Shown here piece after piece: positions 1-12,721 of a stretch of 64,000 nucleotides of DNA. The position numbers and the translations under genes are program-made. Location of the stretch: the NCBI GenBank assembly GCA_964106915.2, contig OZ066914.1; one strand, 5' to 3'. This DNA is from Podarcis gaigeae (taxonomy: Eukaryota). How positions within the stretch are numbered: the stretch's first letter is position 1; each line of letters begins with the position of its first letter. A model generated the notes under the pieces. It saw nothing but the letters and a program-made list of their open reading frames with translations, was not told the origin of the DNA and did not search any database.

Positions 1-314
1 CAGAGCCCTAAAAGGATTATTACCCAACCTGGATACAGTATGCCTAAGTGACAGCAGTCACCCAAGTGCAAAGGTCACGTCAGCTCAGGAGGAAGACAGC
101 ACCAGTTATTGACCATGCACCCTAACAGTTATAACTACAACACTTTGGCCAAGTGCTACTTCAAACTATTGAGGTGTTTATAGAAAAGTTATTTGCATCA
201 CTAGCCAATTATAATTTCTTGGATTCAGAACTGGACTATTCCAGTCTTTCTAAATTTCATTTTTAATAAAACTATTTCAATATAAGCATATTTGGGCAAT
301 GTAGAGAAAGCACC

Positions 315-425
315 AGCTGCAACATTACAAATAATGAAGAGTCTTGTGCCACCTTTAAAAAACTAGCAAAATTATTATGGCATATAGGCTTTTGTGGGCT
401 GCAGACCCCTTCATCAGATGCATTA
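315..425 (-). mobile_element. Old Penelope-like terminal fragment
   Basis: GAGTCTTGTGCCACCTT...GCTTTTGTGG...CTTCATCAGATGC pattern. Confidence 0.6.
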
Positions 426-788
426 AGTATTATCCTGAGAAGCATATATAAGAGAGAGAGAAGAAGAAGAAAGAGAAAGAGAGCAGTTAACAGAAATAAA
501 ATGCAGGGAAGTGCAGGCAGTAATAATTGTGTAATTATCTGTGGCATTCACAAGACAGTTTATCAAAGTTTATTGGCCCCTTGGCATCATCATCCATCAT
601 TCATTCTTCCTCATTCTAGGCAACCGCTCATCCACTAAGGAGTGAAGTTTACACAAATTTTCACATGAAACAATTCTCTCCCCCCTCACAGTGCCTCAAA
701 AACATTTCCCAATTCAAACTTTAGTCTACCTTCATGTTTATTTTCATTGAGACAAGGATTTCTCCATGTAAGTAATACACCATTAGTA

Positions 789-1132
789 CTGTGGTGCCCC
801 GCAAGACGAACGCCTCGCAAGACGGAAAACCCGCTAGACGAAAGGGTTTTCTGTTTTGGAGGTGCTTCGCAAAACGAATTTCCCTATGGGCTTGCTTCGC
901 AAGACGAAAATGTCTTGCGAGTTCCTGCAGGGTTTTTTCCCTCCCCCCCCCTTTTCTAAGCAGCTAAGCTGCTTATCAGCTGATCCGCTAAGCTGATAAG
1001 CCGCTAAAAGCCGCTAAACTGCTAATAGCGCTAATCCGCTAAGCTGTCAATGGGCTTGCTTCGCAAGACGAAAAAACCGCTATACGAAGAGACTCACGGA
1101 ACGGATTAATTTCGTCTTGCGAGGCACCACTG
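789..1132. mobile_element. Tc1/mariner (Tigger-like) MITE
   Basis: TIR C.GTGGTGCC.CGCAAGACGAA; TA flanks; same family as 5734. Confidence 0.85.
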
Positions 1133-1390
1133 TACAATGAAAAAGTCATACCCTGTGGGTCTATTGCTAAAAATGAAATTAAGGGAAGGGACAAGGCAAA
1201 GTTACAGAACCGCAGAAGTGTCAGAAGCAAGTAAGAAAAGAGCATAAATAGAAAATGCCAGCAAAGGGGAATGATGAAAGAAGTCAAACATCCACCTGGA
1301 CCAGAATTATTCCTTACCACTTGGCTTTCATTACTAGTTTACAGTGAGATGCTGGAAGAAAAAGGCTTCCAAACAATAATTATGTCTTAC

Positions 1391-1573
1391 CTCAAAGACT
1401 GTCTTTGCTGCATATCCTTGCACATCATCTCTGTTAATTACAATCTGGATGACTCTGTACCACACCTCTTCACTGACATAGTCTCCAGCGATTCGAATCA
1501 AATTCAAGATGGTGTCCACATACCAAGTGTAGTCCACTGCATATTTCTCAGCTAAAATCGCAACCTTCAGCAC
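1391..1573 (-). CDS. AP2A2: AP2A2 exon 11 ([61 protein letters not shown]); gene continues left of the window
   Basis: Within ORF 1334..1615; AG/GT boundaries; 183 nt. Confidence 0.97.
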
Positions 1574-2135
1574 CTGAGCAAACACACACAACACCAAATT
1601 ATGAAGCAACTTCATTCAAACAATGAATTTCTACAGCATTTAATACCTATCCATTCAAAAAAAAATAAAGGAAAACTAAACGCACCACTGTTCCTACATC
1701 TCTCATTTCATCCAAACTAGTTAGTATAAATACCCTCCTTAGTGCAACGTATCCAATATTGATTAATACCTTAAACAAATGTAAAAGGGTGATCCAGAGA
1801 CAATATATTTTAGGATTAACTGAAGTAAAAGCAAAGCACATTTTACTGTGATTAGACTGATCATATACAATTTAATAAACCCAGTGCAAGAAATTCTGCC
1901 ATCTACTTTAAACAGCCACCAAAAGATTGTCACCCGTGGAAACTTAAAATAATTTTGTTATGGCTACTCCTCTAGAAGTCAGCACAGAGGTGACCAGACA
2001 CTGGAATTAGCATTTGTACACAGTAGTCACATTGAAATTGTCAGATGCTATGTTTAGCTTAGCAAAGGTTGATGTCATCTTGCAGCTCTAAATTTATAGC
2101 AGCACTCAACGGTGAAGACAGCTCAGATGATGAGG

Positions 2136-2136
<1 letters not shown>

Positions 2137-2167
<31 letters not shown>

Positions 2168-2182
2168 TACTACTACTACTAC
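2137..2182. repeat. (TTA)n(CTA)n microsatellite
   Basis: Direct reading. Confidence 0.95.
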
Positions 2183-2186
2183 TTAC

Positions 2187-2324
2187 AATTTCTTCTCTAA
2201 TAGAATAATCAGCAGTTTCCAGGTAATTCAGCATTTCAGCTACAATTTGCTGGGCGTTGCTTCTGTCACACATGGCATACAGGAGGTCCACCGCTCTTTG
2301 TCGCACACTTACATCCCGCTCTGT
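2187..2324 (-). CDS. AP2A2: AP2A2 exon 10 ([46 protein letters not shown])
   Basis: Within ORF 2106..2330; AG/GT boundaries; 138 nt. Confidence 0.97.
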
Positions 2325-3996
2325 CTGCAAAGGACATCACAATGGTAAAAGATCAACACAAAGGGAGAGATTTGGGGAAACAACAATTAAGACGTGTCCA
2401 AATTTTAAAGCAGACTATCGCAGTGCCCACGCTACAGATACTAGTGCCTGAATTGCACCTAGAATCAGTACCAGGCGGCATTTGTTTCGAAGTCAATAAT
2501 CCTAAACAGCATTTATAACAAGAAACAAGATACTTGGCTTCATCCCAATTGGGGTCAAAGCCAGGAAAACAATTTTAAGTGGAATGATTATTTATTAAAT
2601 ATTACTAATTAAGAGTCCTGGATCAAGGGAAGGATAACCATGTAATGAATGACACCAAGGCATTCACCCCACCCCACCCCACCCCCGGTTGTACCCACAC
2701 AAGACTCCTCAGTAGGGGGCCAACAAACTATGCAAGCAAAGTAGCAGTAACACAGAGTTGGGGAGCTTGAGGTCTCCCAAATGCTGGCTGGGTCTCATGG
2801 GAGTTTTTAGTTCAGCAACATATGGAAGGCTGCATGTTCTCCACCCCTGGGGCAATGGCTAGCAGTAGCTCAAACTAGGGTCCCTCCAGGGTCTCTCCCT
2901 GATGCCCACAAAGCCTCTGAGCCCCATTAGTCATGAAGTGGAGAGAGTGGCTTGTCGCATATTTGTCAGAAGGTGGGTGCTGAGATCTAAGGGAAGAAGG
3001 TAGAAGTGTTGACACTCTACCCTACTTCCTCTTCCAGCTGCTCTATATGCTTTTTATGGTCCAGATGAATTCTACAGGATCCAACTTTTACCCAGATCCC
3101 TTGGAAAAGCAAAAAAAAAAAAAATTGCACACACAGACACTTTCTTACTCATGGGGAGGAGTTAATCTGGGAGACAGAAATGGTAAGTTAGCAGTGTGGG
3201 TGGCATCCACAGCACTTGCTCAAAAATCTAAATGATATCATGCACCCACAAAAAGATTGGTGGCCCCTGCTTTAATACTTTGACTAGAAAGTATTAAGAA
3301 CTAGACTGTGGTGACGTTGATGCATCTAAGGGCACCATGAACTGCAGGAAGGAACGGGTCAGAAAAGAACAAGGATCCAGATACAGGAGGTAGTGGGTAG
3401 TGGTGAGCCCCACCAACTACTGTATTGGGTCTCTTCCCTGTGGGACGGTGATCCCCTCCCAGAGTTGCTGTACATTAATTTTAGTGGCAAGGGCAAGAGA
3501 TTAAAGCCAAGTCCAGCTCTAGCTGCATGGCGATAGTCAGTCATTTGGGAGGAAAACAGAGAAAGAAAATTAAGCATCCTTCAGTCAAAACCTCAATCCG
3601 TTGTTTCTCTTCAGCTAGGTGCTTTTCTCTGGTATCCTCCTCACCTCCAGCATCCCCAGAGGCATCGTCATTCCCTTCAATTGCCCTCTGCCCTTCTAAC
3701 CAACACTCCCTTGTTCAACATGTTAAATCCCAGGACAGTGGCATGTGATTCAGGCTGCCGTTCAAGCACAGGCCCACTGATGGATGTGAAGCCTCTCTTT
3801 ACCATTCATTATGTTTTAAAGAGCTTCCAACGAAGAAACCACTCCACATCCTTTTTATTGCATGAATAAAACTCTAGAGAACTTGCTGCTCTTGGAATGC
3901 AAAGCAACAAGCCCACACAGATACATGGTTTGGTTTTGCTTTGTTTTTAAAAAATCAACTCCAAATTTCAGGTTAATACACAGATCCAATAGTTAC

Positions 3997-4165
3997 CTTC
4001 AGTGCATTGATAACTGTTTCTATGTGCGTTTTCACGGCCTCGTGTGAAAACTCAGAGCTTGCAAGCGTGCACATGCTTTCCAGTGCTAGGTACCGAAGAT
4101 TAGTTTCCCGGTGCTGCAAGAACTGGCCTAACTGATTACAGGCACGGACAAGCAGGTTTGGCTCA
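3997..4165 (-). CDS. AP2A2: AP2A2 exon 9 ([57 protein letters not shown])
   Basis: Manual translation; AG/GT boundaries; 169 nt. Confidence 0.96.
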
Positions 4166-5733
4166 CTAGGCAGAAGAGAGTGTGTGGAAAGGTAAAAAAG
4201 AAAAAGAAAAGACAGAATTTGGGTGAGGAAAGTGCATCGAGGAAAACATTAATAAGAGTTAGGTACCAAGAGGTACCTTCACTACAGGAGCTTCAAAACT
4301 GCAGCTAATACCTTTTGGAGGGTTAGTAGCAGCACAGCTACATATTGCAGGAAGTAATTAAAATTCTATTTTAGGTAATTAAGATTCTATTTTAAAAGCT
4401 GGAAGCTTATCAGGAGCTTTGTAGAGTCTGGGATCCTGCCGTGTCCTGATAACACAATGGTGGCCTCAGGTACAGTTCTTATAATAGAGGGAAGGCATAG
4501 TGACCTCTCACACGGCTCCTGAAATGTGTAATTGATGCAACGATGTGGGAGGGGCCAAGAATACTGTGACTGGAAGAGAACCATCCTGCATGAAGGGATT
4601 TCAGCCTTTGGTTGAAGTAGTAACATCAGCCCATCTCACATCGTATGTTACCTACAGCAGCATAGGAAGCAACCTCTCCCCATTAACAGAGGCATAAAGC
4701 CAAACTATACAAGTAACAGTCTGCAAGGGGGAATAGGTTGCATAGTGCATACCACAGATTTTAGCCAAGAATATAAAACAAATGCTTGTAGCAGATTATA
4801 AAACAATGTTCTCAGTTGTGCTATTCCAGTGGCAGCAAGGAGGTTTAAGTAGTGTGTGTGTATATATATTCTTAAACAATTTCAAAGATTTACATGCTTT
4901 CAAGTCAAGGAGACTAAAATGAAACATAGCTATTATTTTTCTTTCTTTTTTTTAAAAAAGGTGTTTTTTCCATTTTTAAAAGAGGTAAGACACAGTGTGG
5001 TGCACTCCATGTGGGAAGGAAGGAAGGAATGCAACATACATCACTGAATTTATCTTCAGATTGTCTGCTTGTTGTCAAATTCATTGTACACATCTCTCCC
5101 AATGTCTGCACTTACAGCCCAAACATCTGCAGGGAGGGGGCCCATGTACATAGAACTGTATGCACAAAGGCTTTCACGGAATCTGGAACCCTTGATTCCC
5201 CTGACATCAGAGGAGTTGTGCAGACATCAAGGGGAGGGGGACACATCCAATGTCAGGGATTAGGCTACTTGGTGTGCCCCAACTCCTTATTCCCATGTTG
5301 TTCAACACAGGAGCAAAGACAAGCCCAGGTAGGGCTAAAACAGGAGAGTGTGGGAGACTTGTGTGTGGAATCAGGTGCTCGTGCATCCTTAATACATGGC
5401 AGGGCAGAGGGAGGATAGGAGGATAGTACCAAACACTACCTCTGAAAACTTCTCAAGTCAACCTTCGCCTCCTTGGCACCCTCCAGAAGCTTTGGGCTAT
5501 AACTCATATTGGCTGGGGTTGATGGGAGTTGTAGGCCAAAACATCTGGAAGGCATCAGGTAAACAAAGGCCAATAGAAGTCATTTTATCCCAGTAGAGCT
5601 CCAAAACTGGACAATTTGGATGGAGGATGGGATTACTGGGGGGGGGTGAAGCCTCTAATTCCACCCCAATGTGCATGTACTACACAATCCACTGTTAGGA
5701 ATTGCATGGGACATTGACTGGGTCCTGCCAGTA

Positions 5734-5971
5734 CAGTGGTACCTCGCAAGACGAATGCCTCGTAAGACGAAAAACTTGCAAGACAAAAGAGTTTTTCGTT
5801 TTTTTGAGTTGCTTCGCAAGACGAATTTCCCTATGGGCTTGCTTTGCAAGACGAAAACGTCTTGCAAGTTTGTTTCCTTTTTCTTAAAACCGTTAATACC
5901 CAGGGAATCCGTGCTTCGCAAGACGAAAAAACTCGCAGAACGAATTAATTTCATCTTGCGAGGTACCACTG
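5734..5971. mobile_element. Tc1/mariner (Tigger-like) MITE
   Basis: TIR CAGTGGTACCTCGCAAGA; TA TSD. Confidence 0.88.
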
Positions 5972-6316
5972 TATCCTGTTTAGTTGGGCCAAGCAACTCT
6001 CAGTCATAAGTTTTTAAATGGTCTTAAGGTGAGGAAGGACTTCAATAGTACATTTAGCAAGGTTACAAATTTACAATACATGGGTAATGCTAAAGTCCAG
6101 AACAAAAACTACTCCCATAATTGTTTTTCACTCAGGAGCTGCTCAGACATTTGCCAGAACGACTGTGGAAAAAGTACATACTGTACCCTCTTTCAGAGAA
6201 CAGAAGAATACAAAATTGTATATACTTTCTCAGAAACCACACATTTAGGACAATAGAACTGATGCTCATATCTCAAACTGTTACTGCCAGCCATGCATTA
6301 TGAATGCCAAACTTAC

Positions 6317-6467
6317 CTATCATGGTGGATAATTAAACTAATTGCCTCAAATAGCACTGCATTCTTCGCATTTGAATGCTGTACTTTCTTGGATTTTGGA
6401 GGTTCTTGAGCTTTGTTAAGAATAGTTTCCAGACACTCGGTGAGACGACCTCTTGCTGAAGGATCTT
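6317..6467 (-). CDS. AP2A2: AP2A2 exon 8 ((E)[49 protein letters not shown]); alternative start at 6464
   Basis: Manual translation; CAG-AAG tandem acceptor; GTAAGT donor; 151 or 148 nt. Confidence 0.96.
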
Positions 6468-6847
6468 CTGGGAGAAATAGAACGGTTAGGCAAGATCACC
6501 AGGCAATTTTTACAGCCTTTACTATCAAACCATTAAATGCCCATTAGATGGCATTGTTTCTCCAGTTTCAGAAAGCTGCATATGCACCAGCATTTTGGTT
6601 CTGCAAAGTTAGTTGTTTATCCTTCCATCATTACAGAATCACTGATCTGAAAGAGCCAAGTACCGAAAATTAAACCAAAGACCACTAAATGGGTTATTCA
6701 GTTATCAAGTTTGATTTGATTATGGTGTTGCCAGAACATTTGCTCATGGTTTCAACATAATTAGATAATTAGATTGAAACCATAGTTAGAAATACTGGGA
6801 ATATTATGCCTGCAGCAGACTTAGCAGTGGGGTTCATTATTTGAACC

Positions 6848-6850
<3 letters not shown>

Positions 6851-6893
<43 letters not shown>
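6851..6893. repeat. (CT)n microsatellite
   Basis: Direct reading. Confidence 0.95.
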
Positions 6894-6898
<5 letters not shown>

Positions 6899-6980
6899 GC
6901 AAACATGTGCTGTTTTAGTGCAAATGGCTTCTCTCCTGTGTAAGCAAAGTGTGAAAGCAGAGTGATTGCAATTACTTTAC

Positions 6981-7089
6981 CTGGAGGTGGGTAGCACTGC
7001 AGCAGCCTTAGAAGCTTCACAGATAACCACGGCGCTGGAACAAAGTAATAGGTATAATCCTGGAGATCGGTCGATGCAGACGTCACAAT
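6981..7089 (-). CDS. AP2A2: AP2A2 exon 7 ([36 protein letters not shown])
   Basis: Within ORF 6847..7158; AG/GT boundaries; 109 nt. Confidence 0.97.
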
Positions 7090-9156
7090 CTGCAAGACAA
7101 GAACTGTTATTTTCCTGTGGCGCTTTGTCCAGCTTAATAGATGATAATAATAAGCCATAGTAAAAAGATGCTGAACCTTAAAAAATGCAAGACAAGGCCC
7201 ATGAGGGAAAAGACTGAGTAAGGCAATGTGGAGGGCTTGTCAGGGAGCTCAAAGACAAGCAAGCAGCCACTAGAGAAGAAACACAGAGGGGAAAATATGC
7301 TAGAGATCGGCAAGATCATGAATATGCTGGAGAGTCACAAGAAAGGCTCTGCTGGATTAGACCAAAGCCCCATCTTGTCTAGCATCCTCTTCTCAACCAG
7401 ATTCCCATGGGCAGCTTGCAAGCAGAACATGAATGTATCACCAGTAGTTGCTAGTTAGTTACATCATAACAACAACTAGTTCACATAATAGTAGAACAAA
7501 GGAACAATAGATTGGAATGAGCACACAAGTGCCACAATTCATCATTTGTATAAACTTCAACTTCCTATTTCAATAGCAATTTAACGGGGGTGGGGAGGAA
7601 CCTGGCAGCACAAGAGAGATTATCAGTGATTGCCAATTACTTGTCTGAGGACAGACCAACAACTCAAAGCAGGAAGTCAGAGACTGTAGCTGCAAGCTCT
7701 CCATTACAGCTCTGTGTGATCATATACGCCCTCAGCAAGCAACCCCAACAAATCTCTGTTGCAGGAGGCTGGGTTGACTCAGGAAGGCTGTTAATTTGTT
7801 CTTCTGAATGATGAATGGGCCAGGATGATGGGAGCATTTCCACAAGGGAAGACAACAGGAAATTTGACAGAGGCAGATACAGCTGGGCAGAAGTTCTGGG
7901 TGAGGAGGAATTTAGAACGATAACGTTTTTAGACCAGACAACAAGACAGATTTTCCCAAACTCAGATGTATCAAACCAGTGTACAGTGCTTGAATATGCC
8001 TTTTGTACTTTCTGCTGAGGGACAGCAGATTCTCAATTACATCATGCTTTTCAAGGGAAGGGCAGATAAAAGACTGTGCTTGAGATCTGCAGGAGGGGCA
8101 GGAAGGATAGAAAAAATCTGGACAGAAAGCTTTAAAATACTCTATGTTAAATTAGGGGAAATGGGGAAAACAACAGATGTCCACACTGAATATCCATGAG
8201 ATTGTGGTGGGAAGGAAGAGGAAAGGAAAGAAGATAACAGTCTGCAAGAGAAATTGAGGACTGTTTAGATTAACAATAAGCCATAAGACTATTTTGCATG
8301 GCTTGCAGGACAGAACAATCCCCTCTCCTTTCCCATACACTGTTCCGAGGTGTCTTGGAACAAGTTTAAATCCAGGGCTGGCCATACCATAAGGCAGAGC
8401 AAAGTAGCCACCTCAGCTGGCAGATGTTGGGTGGAGAGTGGAGAGTGGCAGCCAGAAATTAGATGACAACAATGTGTCCAAGCATCCCCTAAGCTGTCCT
8501 GCTGTCCTCAGATGTGGTGGCGGATATTGCCCCATTGCTGGCATTCAATGGCCAGTTCCATTTACTTCTGTGTGCAGATTCTGGGATGGAAGGGGGAGTG
8601 AGATCATCATCCAGTCCTTCACCTCAGGCAGCAAAATCTTTGGCTAGCCTGGCTGGGGTTCAAGTTTCCAAAGTAGCAAACCAATCATGGCACTAATCTC
8701 TATGTGTCTACTGTCAAGAATCCATCCTGCATTGATTAGGCAGAATGCCTTGCGGAACAATAACTTGCTACCTGCAAACAGGCCTCAGCGGGACCTGGCT
8801 CCCTGCAGGAATTAAGTACGATGTGCAGCAGAAAACTGGTCAACTATCATCTTAAGAACTACTGCAATGGCAGCGGCTCTATCTTTGGCTACTGGCATCA
8901 CAAACAGCAGCAACTCCTTTAAGTGTACAGTTGAGCAGGCATTATTGCTCAGGCATTATAGCTCAACACAACCTGCGGCAAAGCTACAGGTATATATGCT
9001 GGGAAATATTTCTGTACTTATCTGCCTTTGAAACTTCAGGTGGCTTTCCTTTTTAATATATTACCGTTGCAGATAATGTCATTGAGACTGTTCAGTAGTG
9101 CACCAATGAATGGAATTGCCAAACTGTACTACAAAAAAACTGACTACAAGGCCTTG

Positions 9157-9277
9157 TTACAGATAGGTAGCCGTGTTGGTCTGCCATAGTCAAAACAAAA
9201 AAAATTCCTTCCAGTAGCACCTTAAAGACCAACTAAGTCAGTTCTTGGTATGAGCTTTCGTGTGCATGCACACTTCT
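9157..9277 (-). mobile_element. Penelope-like element terminal fragment
   Basis: GGTAGCCGTGTTGGTCTG...GTAGCACCTTAAAGACCAAC...GAGCTTTCGTG signature; 10-bp TSD CAAGGCCTTG. Confidence 0.75.
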
Positions 9278-9705
9278 CAAGGCCTTGATCATAGATAGCA
9301 TCATTTTCTTCCTGCTCCGGTAGCTACTGAAGTGGAACCCTGGCCTTCCAAACTTCTTGCAATTAAGGAGTGGCTTTGCCTGCAAAGCCTCAAAATATTA
9401 TTAACAATTTAATTTCAGCTATACCTATACAAGCGTGTTTATCTGCCATCTCCTGCACAGCTAAGAATTTTTTTTTAAGTGATTGGATCAGCCCAACACA
9501 ATCACTGTGCATGAGATATTGCACAGCAAATTACATCTCTCTGCCTTCAGCTACTCTGCCTGTCAAACTATCAGAACGGCTCTCATACCAACTGCACTTC
9601 AGCTTCCCATGAGGCTAAACCAGATGGTTAATCTAATCAGCCAGCTTAATTTAGTTTTAGCCTAGTTTCATTCCAGCACTTGCGTCTAAACAATAAATTG
9701 CTTAC

Positions 9706-9807
9706 CCTGCTGAGTCTGGAGACAGCCAGAGACACGGAGGTTTTAAATTCATCTGGATTCTTTTGTGCCAGAGTGGTGATCAAACTTGTAGCAGCAGTAA
9801 CCACACC
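9706..9807 (-). CDS. AP2A2: AP2A2 exon 6 ([34 protein letters not shown])
   Basis: Within ORF 9646..9849; AG/GT boundaries; 102 nt. Confidence 0.97.
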
Positions 9808-10665
9808 CTGGAGAAAAACAGGATTACAGCTCCCTGAAATCCGTTCCAATTACTAAGCACATGCATTGTATACCAAGAGCACCATTAAGTTTCATTTATT
9901 ATGCCACACATACTTTACACCACAGGGCTGTACTTTTAACCAAAAGAGGGCAAATATCCAAGATGGTATAGCCTCCCCCACACCCCAAAATACCCAGTTT
10001 TATTGCCATCCTCCCAGTTTCACTCCCATTGTACTTGCTCCATGAGCCTAGAAGACATTGTCTTAACTGCTGGCGGGAGTGCGAGCACCTCTATCAAAAA
10101 GAGAAATGTGTTGCTCTTCAATAAAGATAGTTAAGGTGGCAAACTGTGAGAGGATGGGCCCATTTCCCAGAGCCAAAGTCCCCAACATCAAGCCCATCCA
10201 CAGGTCTCTCAGTTTCCATATATATTATTAGAGCCAAATTGCCTGTTAAGCTGGATGCACAGGATCTCCCACAGTTTGTTATTTTCCAAGCACCAATAAC
10301 GCCACAGGGGAACTAGATCATGAGATCAGAGCTAGTCTTTGTACCGTATTTCCCCCTACAGAATTTGTATTTCCCCCTACAGAAAAAGTAGCAGCTTGGA
10401 GTGGGATTTAGACCAGAAGGGGAGAAGTTACCTTCCCCCAGTCTGCCATCATGTCATGATCTCAATCTAATTTCCCCCAAAGCTGCAAAGAGAGAAAGGA
10501 AAAGAAAAGAAAGAAAAGAAAGCTGTGGGAGACGCTGCTCATAGACTGTCCACATCATGCCTTGTTTGGCCCTTAGGCATCTACTGGCAGCATAAAAGCT
10601 TTCTACTCTTCTGCTTCAAAAATGATTCAATCCTTTATTTGGCTCAAAACGGACCAACTGTATTA

Positions 10666-10798
10666 CAGTGGTACCTCAGTTCTTAACTGTATTACAGTGG
10701 TACCTCAGTTCTTAACCTGAGGTACTATTTCTGGGTTAGCGGAGTCTGTAACCTGAAGCATATGTAACCTGAAGCGTAGGTAACCCGAGGTACCATTG
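10666..10798. mobile_element. Tigger-like MITE with duplicated left end
   Basis: CAGTGGTACCTC twice on the left, GAGGTACCATTG-TA on the right. Confidence 0.8.
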
Positions 10799-12721
10799 TA
10801 ATGCATTTAGATGTTTTATTAATGTAATTTATATTAAAAAAACTGGGATATGACTTCTGACAAGTATATTGTGTTTTTCTTAGTATGGCCTAATCCATTT
10901 TCCCCCCAGTCACCTGGCTACTCTTACCCAGCTATCCCTTATTTCCATTTTAGGATTTACGTGGTATGGTATGGTATGGTATGGTTAGGACTTCCCTCTT
11001 CCCTGCATATCTTGTTTCTGTATACCAGGGGTTGCCCACCAATTAAAAGTCCACGGGCACATTTGCATTTGGGGGTGTCTTGGACACCATCTCTTCTGGT
11101 CACTTCTCCCCCTTCCTTTGGATTAGCCCCCACTGCTCCCAGCAAGAAAGGAAAGAAAGTGCATGCACACACACAATTTGATCTCGGAGATTTCATCAGA
11201 ACCTTGAAAAGTTCATAGAACTGGAAAAGCGAAGTGGGAAAGTGTGTCATTCTTCCAGCTTCCTTCTTCAGCTCTTGGTACTTTGCCAAGGAAGAAAAAG
11301 GTGACCGCCTTCACCACCAAGGCAGCAGTGAGAAGGTGCTCAGAAGACCTCAAAGGGGTCATTGCACCCACTAGTGCCATATTGGCAACCCATACTGTAT
11401 ATTATTTATTAGGCTTGGGTGATATTGCAGGAGGGGGCAGGGAGAAAGAGACTCTGAAATGACCAATTAATTTAAAAAATATATATACATATTGATTCAT
11501 GCAACAGTTCTCTGGATTATATAATTTTCTTTCCCCCCCAGTAAAGTTGTTTTTTAAAAGCAGATGTGTATCTTCTGTAGCCTGCAATAATGGGCTAAAA
11601 TAAGGCAAACTACAATCTCAGGATCCCAATGTCCTCTTACAAAAGGCTATGCATGCCCTGCCACCTTCTGTAACTTGCCTGTACATGACCTTGCCCTATA
11701 TTGGGGTAATGCATTCAAATATTAACCAAATCCACTGTTGACTTTAAAAAAACAAACAAACAAACCACCATCAAGAGAGAAAGAAAATAACTCATTCCCT
11801 TTTGCAAAGATACAATGCAAACAATTAGGAAAGACCCTTTCTTGGTCGGCCACTGGTCTGGCACACAGAAAACTGTATTTTGATTTGTGCTGAAATCCCC
11901 GATCAGTCCCTAGATTGTGTGACTAGTGATAAGTCACCCTCGTACCAAGAGTAAAACTAGCTGGTTGTTTACTTCACAGGATCTTGGACAAGAGAGTTTG
12001 CAAAGCACTCTGTACATGAGGAGCTCCGTATAAAATGGCAATTTCTGCTCAAAGACAAAAGGAAAGCAGTTATGGCACAGATGCAGCTTATCTGTGGACT
12101 GTAACCTGCATACATATTACCAGAAACATCACTGAACGCACTGCAGTGTCTTTTCAAAAGCTTGTTCATTTTACTAGGCAGGATCCTGAATACCTTAAGG
12201 ATCATTCCTTTCATTCCTTTGCCACATGGAATTTGGCACATGAGTTTGTGGCAGACCTGAACAGGAATGGGTGGCAAGCTTGGCCAGTATATGACACTGC
12301 CTGAAGCCTCTTCAGCAAACTGCTGTGCCACTTCCTGCCTTTTCCCAGGCGATAACAGGGATGAAGTATGCTCATCTGAGCCTGGCTGGGTTCAGAAGGC
12401 CAGGCATAATCCTTTCAATCCCTGAACTTCTTTCTGCAAGTGCTCAAAATCCAAGCTTTCAGGAAAGGAAGTCCTGCAGCATTTTTTTCCTAATCCCATT
12501 GCAAGCTCATGGTGCTGCTTCCCTCCATTAGTTTACTTGTGGGCAGGAAAAACACAATGGGAGGACTTCAGTACAGTACTAAGATACATACAGTACTAAG
12601 ATTATTGTTCCAGAATGATTCCCATTGTTCCAGAAAGACCCCTTCTCTCGCTATTCCTCTGTGCACTGTTTTAAGGGTTCTTCCATACACCCCCAAGCCA
12701 ATCTAGAGGGGGCATATGGGG

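Noticed and set aside
11969-12331. Overlapping 120-aa and 89-aa ORFs in AP2A2 intron 5
   Set aside because: No recognisable homology or splice structure; length compatible with chance
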